Source: Amoebophrya sp. A120 (Eukaryota > Protista > Dinoflagellata). From it: a DNA stretch of 7,859 nucleotides. The DNA lies in NCBI GenBank assembly GCA_905178155.1, contig CAJINV010000007.1, positions 140,644 through 148,502 of the forward strand, written 5' to 3'. A program made the position numbers and the translations under genes. Below, one piece after another: positions 1 through 6,648 of the stretch; positions within the stretch are counted from its first letter, which is position 1, and each line of letters opens with the position of its first letter. The notes under the pieces were generated by a model that was given only the letters and a program-made list of their open reading frames with translations, was not told where the DNA came from and searched no databases.

Positions 1-765
1 GGCGCAGAGACGAAAAAGGATTTTGAGGCAATTTCAGAAAATTGCGCAGCGCTTCGCCATAGCAAAATGCCAAAAAAAAATTGGAGCTGCGCCCTGCAGC
101 GGTGGTGACAGCCGCATTTTCCGGCGCTGGCGCAGAGACGAAAAAGGATTTTGAGGCGATTTCAGAAAATTGTGCAGCGCTTCGCCTCTGCAAAATGCGT
201 AAAAAAAACTGAAAATTGGCCCTCGAGCGGCCGTGCAGGGCAGCCGCACCTTGCGCCGGCGCTGTGACGAAAAATAATTTTCAGGCAATTTCAGAAAATT
301 GGGCAGCGCTCCACGGCTACAAACTGACAACAAAAGTCAGAAAATGCGCTCTCTAGCGTTTGAGGAGGGCAGCCGCACCTTCCGCCGGCGCTGAGACGAA
401 AAAGGATTTTGAGGCACTTTCAGAAAATTGCGCAGCGTTTTGCCGATGCAAAATGCCCAAAAAAAATTCAGAATTGGCCCTCTAGCGGCAGTGCAGGGCA
501 GCCGCACCTTGCGCCGGCGCTGAGACGAAAAAGAATTTTCAGGCAATTTCAGAAAATTGTTCAGCACTCCACAACCATAAACTGACAACAAAAATCAGAA
601 AATGCGCTCTCTAGCGTTTGAGGAGGGCAGCCGCACCTTCCGCCGGCGCAGAGACGAAAAAGGATTTTATTGAGGCAATTTCAGAAAATTGCGCAGCGCT
701 TCGCCATTGCAAAATGCCCAGAAACATTTGAAAATGCGCCCTGTAGCGGTGGTGGATGGCAGCCG
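1..765. repeat. Tandem array of ~129-bp units (about 6 copies visible, continues off the left edge)
   Basis: The anchor G(A/T)GACGAAAAA recurs at 7, 135, 264, 393, 522 and 651 (periods 128, 129, 129, 129, 129). Each unit has a core related to the imperfect palindrome GCAATTT-CAGA-AAATTGC (e.g. 28-45) and ends in CAGCCGCA...GGCGC. Similarity stops at CAGCCG, ~765. Confidence 0.97.
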
Positions 766-938
766 TTTTTGTTCCCTTTGTCTCTGCGATCGCAAGACAA
801 AGAATCCCGCGTAGTTGTGCTTCCAGTAGTATCTATGCTCTTCTTTTTTACATCGTCCTTGGCTTTCAACCCCAAGCCCTTTACATTCCAGGTCCCAAAC
901 ACAAGGTCAAGGAGGCGTTTCTTTTGAACAGCAGCCAT
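766..938 (-). CDS. Putative exon/N-terminal fragment with an endonuclease/exonuclease/phosphatase (EEP/APE)-like first strand
   Basis: Real ATG at 938; the frame is open upstream to 1037. Translation MAAVQKKRLLDLVFGTWNVKGLGLKAK... resembles the (T/S)WNV.GL N-terminal motif of EEP enzymes (LINE APE, ExoIII, inositol 5-phosphatases). It runs into the 129-bp array at ~765. No downstream catalytic motifs are visible. Confidence 0.4.
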
Positions 939-1265
939 TTGCCTAGATGGCCGCCGCGGCGTTCTGTGAACACCAGTAGTGCTAGCTGTTTCGCTTGCTT
1001 TTGGTTTTGGAGATGAAGAAGAAGATTTTGGACGGAATTACTATTCGACTTTCGAAATGATTTCTCTGCAGAGCAAAATGCTCCGTGCTAGCTCTTTGGC
1101 TAGCTCCTTCCGGTTGCAGTCTGACTGTTTAAAACGTAGCCCCTTTCGAACTATTGCCTGGTGGCTCTTTTCGCAGTTGAAAAACTTTTTCCCCACACTG
1201 ACTTTGCAGCGTGGGCACAAAACTTGATTCCGGGCGACGGCTAGAAACGGGCCGTGCTTCAAGGA

Positions 1266-1887
1266 TTAGTCGTTTTCGCAGATGGGGCAGGGTTTCGCGT
1301 CTTTTCGTAGTACGAGATGAAGACCGCGCTGCGGTGCAATTAGAACTGAAAGAAACCGTAGAACAATCAAAATTCTGATGAGATGAAGATTTGATGCTGG
1401 ATTTTTGCAGTGAAGTCGCCCAGAGTGTCGGCGCGAAAAGCTACGCCCCCGACCACCTCCACGCCGTGTTTCAGAGTTGTTATTCTTAATTCTTCTGTCG
1501 TTCACGTCTTCTGCTCCTCTCTTGTTGAGTCTCCGCGTGCTGCCGGCGGCGGCGGAGGACTGGTTCTTTTCTCCGATTTTGTCCTTCTGCACCCAAGGCT
1601 GTTTGTCTTTTTTCTTGTCGCCCGTAGAGGAGGAGACTCCTGTAGTGCTGGTTCGCTTGGTAGAGTTGCTGTTTTTGTTTTTGTTCACCTCTTCTTACTT
1701 TCCCGTGCTGCGACGCGTGCTGCTGATCCTGTTGCACTAGAGCTTGCATCTGCGAGGCAGCGACCTGCTCCGCAGATACATTTTTCTCGTCGGTGGGAAC
1801 AATGTCACTGATGATGTCCGAGGAGAGCGACGTATCGTTTTCATTCTTTACGGACGGCGAAACAGGGAGGTCTGCGGGTGTGTGCAT
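1266..1887 (-). other. Low-complexity coding-like segment in two overlapping frames (uncertain gene model or decayed ORF)
   Basis: ATG at 1887 opens MHTPADLPVSPSVKNENDTSLSSD...QQDQQHASQHGK. A second frame (1694-1266) gives NKNKNSNSTKRTSTTG...RGGGRGRSFSRR, which is compositionally like the disordered regions of the neighbouring genes. No clean join is visible. Confidence 0.3.
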
Positions 1888-1963
1888 ATAGAAGATGAAT
1901 CTCAATTAATGCTATTCTGTTCATCGTCACGACATTTTTTTTGCTTACTCCGGGTTTTGATCG

Positions 1964-3268
1964 CTAGCCGCGAGTGAACTGCAGGTGAAAAGCAAGGCAC
2001 ACTCCGAACATCGTCCCGTCTCCGTCGTTCGCGAAATGTTGTCGTATCTTCCGCAATTTTTCCCTGATTCTGCGGAAGGGGTTGTCATTTTTCCCCCCCC
2101 CCCTCGTGATGTTCTTAGCAGAAGAATTCCTCGTACTCGTACGGGATGTTGAAGACGAACAGAGGAGCTGATCATGAGATGAGGGCGTGGTAGGAAAGGA
2201 TCGAAACTGATTGCTCCTGCTGCCCTGAAGATGCACTTCTGCCGAAGATGAGGAGGAGATGGGTGAGGGTGGTGGTGGCGCTGTTGGGACATCTTCGTCG
2301 AGGTTGGTATGTGGTTGCAACGTGTGCAAAAACATCAAGAGGTCTTGTTCGTCGAGTTGGTCGCGAGTATCTAACATAACCGCATTATGCCAATCGGCAT
2401 TGCAGACAAGGGATTCGGGATACAGTACCTCCTCGTCGTAGTAGTTTTGTGGACTAGTAATCGCGATCGTCCAAGGGTGCGGCTCGAGCAAGAACGTCAG
2501 CGGCTGCCTGCCGAAGGGGTCTCGTGCGGTCAGGACCGAAATTGTAATCGCCAATTGCGCACCCTCCGCAAAATTCCGGTGCCGCCGAGGCAACACGCGC
2601 TGATTCCGAAACAGCAGGGTTGACCCATCATCGCCGAGCGCTTGTAGGTGCCACTGTTTTTTAATGTTGACCGGTCGTTCTCCCGGCAAACCCTGCTCTC
2701 CAACAACGCAGGAAAGAGCTCGGCGGACATAGATGGTCTCCCCGGTCTCCTTGATGAAGACGGGAACGCCGTCCCAGTCATCGCCCGCCGGATTTGCCAG
2801 CAGCTCACTCAGGCCGTTGTCCCAACGCGGGCCGTTTGCTTGTTGCGCGCCACAATAGCACACGTCCTTGATTGATTGGCCCGTCGGATCCTCCTGCACC
2901 GTGAAGCCATACAGTTTCTTCCAGGATTCCTGGAAACAGAGCACCTGGTCTCCCTCCACAGCCGACAAAACGCAACCATACGGGTGAGTCTGCTTGGTAT
3001 TCTCCATGATCACACTTAACAGCTCTTCCGTCGACGCCACCCTCTTGGGGTAGGGGAAGGCGGGATTGCGAAGCACGACGAAGGCAAACGAAGCTTCGCG
3101 TAGCATGCGATCTGTAGCAGTGCGAACTACGAAATTTGGCGTGGCATGCTCTGCCAGAAGTTGTACGGAAGTGGGCCGTTTCGGGATTTTGATTTTGTCC
3201 CGCCGACACCTGCGGAAATCCGACATTATCGGGCTGACGTCCGACTGCGAAAGAAGATCCGACATCAT
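1964..3268 (-). CDS. 434-aa protein with a divergent PAS/PAC-like domain and a Pro/Ser-rich disordered C-terminal part
   Basis: Uninterrupted 434-codon ORF with ATG start and globular composition in aa ~40-320. aa 81-193 align by eye to the PAS consensus (see findings). The C-terminal frame after the C11 run at 2093-2103 could be affected by a homopolymer error. Confidence 0.8.
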   Translation of the reverse strand: MMSDLLSQSDVSPIMSDFRRCRRDKIKIPKRPTSVQLLAEHATPNFVVRTATDRMLREASFAFVVLRNPAFPYPKRVASTEELLSVIMENTKQTHPYGCVLSAVEGDQVLCFQESWKKLYGFTVQEDPTGQSIKDVCYCGAQQANGPRWDNGLSELLANPAGDDWDGVPVFIKETGETIYVRRALSCVVGEQGLPGERPVNIKKQWHLQALGDDGSTLLFRNQRVLPRRHRNFAEGAQLAITISVLTARDPFGRQPLTFLLEPHPWTIAITSPQNYYDEEVLYPESLVCNADWHNAVMLDTRDQLDEQDLLMFLHTLQPHTNLDEDVPTAPPPPSPISSSSSAEVHLQGSRSNQFRSFPTTPSSHDQLLCSSSTSRTSTRNSSAKNITRGGGKNDNPFRRIREKLRKIRQHFANDGDGTMFGVCLAFHLQFTRG

Positions 3269-3447
3269 CTTATGGAAGTTCTTTGTGGTGTTGTTCTTGC
3301 TTTCTACCCTGAAGATTCACAATCCGGGAGGACGTCCCGGCCCTCGTCGTGGAGCTGCAGGCTCTTATTTCTCACTCGCAAACCACCAGTTCTTCAGGAT
3401 CGGGGCTCATTTATTTTTCGACATCAAAATCACTTCAGGATCTTCCA

Positions 3448-3462
3448 GGTTTAGGGTTTAGG
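3448..3462 (+). repeat. Short interstitial telomere-like tract GG-TTTAGGG-TTTAGG
   Basis: Sequence ggtttagggtttagg. TTTAGGG is the telomeric unit of plants and of many alveolates, including dinoflagellates. Only about 2 units. Confidence 0.5.
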
Positions 3463-3542
3463 AAAATGCTCCCCCCCCCCCGCGTTGGAGGGCGGCATCG
3501 GCGCCTTGTCGCGCCGGCGGCGCTGAAGACGAAAAAGGATTT
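3462..3542 (+). repeat. Degenerate solo partial copy of the 129-bp unit
   Basis: gaaaatgctccc...gcgttggagggcggc...cctt...cgccggcggcgctgaagacgaaaaaggattt matches array sequence gaaaatgcgctctctagcgtttgaggagggcagccgcaccttccgccggcgctgagacgaaaaaggattt (340-409) in the same orientation. Confidence 0.85.
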
Positions 3543-3827
3543 CGTCCGTGAACAGAAAAAAATATCCATAACACGACGACGACGGACGTGTCATTACACG
3601 GCAAATTCGGACTGATTGTGTCAATATAGTATTTTCTTCGTTCGGTTTAATCGCAACATACGAGTTGTAAAATTCAACGGAATTATTCAATCTGAGCGCG
3701 CTGCAATAAACTTTGCAGTGGTCGTAAGAATTCTTTTCAGTAAACGTAGGAGTTCCTTGCGCAGCCGGTGCTGAAATTTTTCACCGCGCTTTGGTCACGA
3801 AATCAGAAATGAGAGTTCAAGGGTAGC

Positions 3828-3836
3828 ACTTACCTG
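3828..3836 (-). other. Perfect canonical 5' splice-site consensus CAG|GTAAGT (possible 5'-UTR intron of the 434-aa gene)
   Basis: Plus-strand ACTTACCTG reads CAGGTAAGT on minus. A candidate acceptor TCTTCAG| ends at 3309. Motif evidence only. Confidence 0.25.
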
Positions 3837-4353
3837 CAAGAAGGGTAGTACTAAATAGTCAAACTTAGCAGCTCACATCCTCACGTCCTTCACCGTCGTT
3901 CTGGGAGGACTTCAATCAGTCTTGTTTTTCTTTTTGCTAGATTCTTGTTTTTGATACAAAGTTCAGTTCTTCTGTAGCTTGTCTTCAGGAATAAAATCTG
4001 ATCCGCCAGGGAAGTGAAGCTAGTAAGAACACTTCTGCGGTCGTATATATTTGGATGCAAAATAAACTTGTTTAGTCAAAGCAGTTCAAAATAAACCAGG
4101 GTGTCGTGTACCTCTTGCTGGTGGGTGCCTTCTACTTTTTTCGCAATCAATCGAGTTCTTGTTTGATTTACTTATATACAAGAGCAGCACAACCACAACC
4201 GGTAGAGGTAGACGTAGTACTTCTACAGAATAGCTTTTACTATTACCAAAACCAAAACTACCTAGAGGCTCCTCGTATAGACAGTTCTTTTCGTATGATA
4301 GCAAGGTGCAACCAGTTGTGACTGTGTCGATTTTCTACCGGAAAATGAACGAA

Positions 4354-4430
4354 CTATCGTTCGTGAATCTCGCTCAGATCAAGCAAGTGGTTTCGTTCCT
4401 CCTCCTCTAAAAGATTTCGTATCCTGGGCC
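4354..4430 (-). CDS. Coiled-coil/low-complexity protein, last exon (GPRIRNLLEEEERNHLLDLSEIHER*)
   Basis: In frame with the preceding exon after removal of 267 nt (4697-4431). Ends at TAG 4356-4354. Confidence 0.8.
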
Positions 4431-4434
4431 CAGT

Positions 4435-4696
4435 TATGAGCTGCAACTATGTCTGGGTCTGGAAGATTGCGAGATTTGTCATGCCTGTTTTGCACGACCC
4501 ATGATCCCTGTAGTGCATGACCTAGCGTCACAGATTCGTAGAGGGCTTCCTGATGCCTATTCCGCATGACAGATGCCCTATCCGCGGAGCACAAAGTGGA
4601 CTCGTATTGCTGGCCATACAATACAAATTTTTCTAGAATCCAAAAACAGCATCACAAGTTGCATCCTTTCAGACCCAGACATATTTGCAACGCATA
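4435..4696. mobile_element. Introner/MITE-like element 1 (262 bp), a non-canonical intron
   Basis: 31-bp TIR with 4 mismatches: TATGAGCTGCAACTATGTCTGGGTCTGGAAG (4435-4465) vs revcomp of 4666-4696, extending to ~50 bp. 5-bp TSD CCAGT at 4430-4434 and 4697-4701. It contains an in-frame TGA; removal restores ...MKTG|PRIRN... Confidence 0.93.
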
Positions 4697-4697
4697 C

Positions 4698-4766
4698 CAG
4701 TTTTCATCTGCCTGCCCCCGTCCCCGCCGCCCCCCAGTCTGGACGTGGACAGCAGGTTGCTTCCAC
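4698..4766 (-). CDS. Coiled-coil/low-complexity protein, 69-nt internal exon (SGSNLLSTSRLGGGGDGGRQMKT)
   Basis: Lies between elements 1 and 2. The frame is consistent at both TSD-defined junctions. Confidence 0.8.
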
Positions 4767-4770
4767 TGTT

Positions 4771-4979
4771 TATGCAAGAAAAAAACTGTGTAAGTGTAAC
4801 TTTGTAATGCAGAACATGCAACAGAGTTACACCTGTCATGCCCGACAGCCATGAAGTCGTTTTTTCATGTGTGTTTTCCCTTACAAGCCAGGCATGACAG
4901 GTTGTCGCTGTTATGTAGAGCCGATTTGTGATGCTGTCAGCCAAGGAAAGCTACACTAACACAGTTTTTTTCTTGGATA
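4771..4979. mobile_element. Introner/MITE-like element 2 (209 bp), a non-canonical intron
   Basis: 33-bp TIR with 3 mismatches: TATGCAAGAAAAAAACTGTGTAAGTGTAACTTT (4771-4803) vs revcomp of 4947-4979. Internal IR ACCTGTCATGCC/GGCATGACAGGT. 5-bp TSD CTGTT at 4766-4770 and 4980-4984. Removing 214 nt gives ...HNNSLNN|SGSNLL... Confidence 0.93.
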
Positions 4980-4980
4980 C

Positions 4981-5089
4981 TGTTGTTCAGACTGTTATTG
5001 TGGCCCGCGTTGAAGGAAAACACCTCTTCGTACGATTCGTAGTCGTTCTCGTTCTGTCGTACCGTGCGATTCCCGGCTTCCGAGGTTTT
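4981..5089 (-). CDS. Coiled-coil/low-complexity protein, 109-nt internal exon (KTSEAGNRTVRQNENDYESYEEVFSFNAGHNNSLNN)
   Basis: Same frame as ORF 5405..6502 once the 321-nt insert is removed. Missed by the ORF track. Confidence 0.82.
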
Positions 5090-5093
5090 GTGG

Positions 5094-5409
5094 TATTACA
5101 GTGTAAAATACCCTCACCCCGAAAGTTGCAATAATTTGCAACTCGACGTTTCCAAATATAAAACTTTTATTTGTCTTGCATGAAAGAACTATGAATCTTT
5201 CTGATGCAGAGTCTAGTCGTATACGGCATCGCCTGCATGACAAGCGTCGCTTTTGCTGGGATCTTTTGCAATACAGATTTTTGCTGTTCACGATTGAAAA
5301 CACTGTGATGCTGATACATGCAAGACGGTGACGGTTTCTATTGGAATGGTTTGCAATACAAATGCTCCCAAGATCTTCATCTGGGGTGAGGACATTTTTC
5401 ATTGTCATA
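5094..5409. mobile_element. Introner/MITE-like element 3 (316 bp), a non-canonical intron
   Basis: 27-bp TIR with 5 mismatches: TATTACAGTGTAAAATACCCTCACCCC (5094-5120) vs revcomp of 5383-5409. 5-bp TSD TGTGG at 5089-5093 and 5410-5414. It supplies the TGA that ends ORF 5405..6502; removal gives ...NYADH|KTSEAG... Confidence 0.92.
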
Positions 5410-5410
5410 T

Positions 5411-6319
5411 GTGGTCCGCGTAGTTTTTTTGGTGCTTCTCCAAACTGTCCCGCCGGTGGCGGCTGGTTGATCTTATTTGCGAACCGTCGCTCTTGCTCCG
5501 ACTCGACGAGCTTGCGTTGCCACTGCCCGACGAACTACTGCCCGAAGCTGCTCCACGACCAGGGTGAACAACGTGAACGTTCTTGTTGCCAACATTATTT
5601 CTCGGATTATTCATTCCCGTAGTTGTTCCGGAGTTGTTCTTTCCACAACTCGGGTTGCTGTTTTCCTTGTTGGTTAGAGAATTATATGCTGGCTGCTCGT
5701 GTCTGTCCTGTTCTTGGTGTAGTCGTTCATCTTGCTGGCCTTCGATCTGCTTCAGCAAGCTTCCCAAATCGTGTCTGGCCGGGGGGTGATAGGCAGCAGA
5801 ACTGTTGTAGTTCTGCTTCTGTGACGAAGATGTTGTCGGAATATTGTTAAACGAGCTCGGCGCGGATGAATTTGTGCTGTGAATCTGCAGCGAAGCACTG
5901 GGGTTGAAGGAAGATGAAGCAGTCGCATTATTTGATGTTCCTCCACTTCCACTGTAGTTCATGTTTATCCCCAGTGCTGCGTTCTGCTTCTGGAGCAGAT
6001 GATTATCGCTGTTGGCACGCTCCCGCACACCGTTGTTCATCGTGTTAATATTTCTGCCAGCACTACTTCGAGGACTTGGTAGTCTTGACGATTGCGACGG
6101 ACCAGGAGCTTGCTGATGCTGTCCTCCGGAAGTGGAAGACGTGGCTCCGCCACCGGAGCCTAACAAGCTGCCCTGACTGGCGGACGACCACATGGTCTGC
6201 ATGTCCTTCTGAAATGCGTCCTTCGCGTTGTCGAGGGCCTGCTGCTGAAAGTTCATGTTCAGTTCAAATTTCTGCTTCTCCACGTCCACAAAGGCCTCGC
6301 GCTGCTTGCAGAGCCGCTC
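5411..6319 (-). CDS. Coiled-coil/low-complexity protein, 909-nt exon (end of coiled coil, then S/N/Q/G-rich disordered region)
   Basis: The true part of ORF 5405..6502, from ERLCKQREAFVDVEKQKFE to EKHQKNYADH, bounded by elements 4 and 3. Confidence 0.9.
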
Positions 6320-6323
6320 CCGG

Positions 6324-6647
6324 TATTGTGAGTCAAAATCCCCCCTCCCCATATTGAAAGCGCATCGCCCGTCCGAAGATTTGTGATGCAGATTTGTGGC
6401 CACAAATCCTGTCTGTCTTGCAAGAAAGCAAAGCCAGAGAGTCCGCCTCTTTATGCAGGCGGTTTGTGATGCTGTTAGGCTTACAGCATAGACGTTTGTC
6501 ATGCTAGTCGCCTAAGTCAAGGCCTCCCGCTTCAGGCTTGGCATATGCTTACAGTCCTCTCCAGCAAGACAGACCTGATTTGTGTACTCAAATTCAGCAT
6601 CACAGATTTCGTTTCGATATGGGGAGGGGGGATTTTTCCTCGCAATA
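6324..6647. mobile_element. Introner/MITE-like element 4 (324 bp), a non-canonical intron with long fold-back arms
   Basis: 36-bp TIR with 4 mismatches: TATTGTGAGTCAAAATCCCCCCTCCCCATATTGAAA. It continues as imperfect ~90-100-bp arms (6324-6427 vs 6557-6647). 5-bp TSD CCCGG at 6319-6323 and 6648-6652. Removing 329 nt fuses ORFs 6532..7350 and 5405..6502 as ...FEKLKDR|ERLCKQ... Confidence 0.95.
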
Positions 6648-6648
6648 C

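Noticed and set aside
34-591. ORFs 34..333 and 337..591 as repeat proteins
   Set aside because: They are by-products of a 129-bp (43-codon) period, with non-ATG starts, recurring stops and indels between units.
1-765. CRISPR array
   Set aside because: The sequences between conserved cores are homologous to each other rather than unique spacers, the period is 129 bp, there are no cas genes, and the context is eukaryotic.
928-950. Dinoflagellate spliced-leader relic (gcagccatttgcctag)
   Set aside because: Only AGCCATTT matches CCGTAGCCATTTTGGCTCAAG, and it is antisense to the local coding-like frame.
681-1740. Stop-codon reassignment (reported in one Amoebophrya lineage) to read through TAA/TAG
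   Set aside because: The 434-aa ORF and the ~632-aa Gln-rich spliced gene have no internal stops, which supports the standard code.
3826-3990. U1 snRNA gene (ACTTACCTG)
   Set aside because: The U1-70K loop, the U1A loop (CATTGCAC) and a properly placed Sm site were not found. It is better read as a minus-strand donor or as chance.
4379-5408. Short ORFs inside elements 1-3 as transposases or small proteins
   Set aside because: They are too short, lack DDE or other motifs, and cross element boundaries.
6320-6648. ORFs 5405..6502 and 6532..7350 as two separate genes
   Set aside because: Their facing ends are translations of element 4's arms (MGRGDF appears on both strands). The two ORFs fuse exactly at the TSD.
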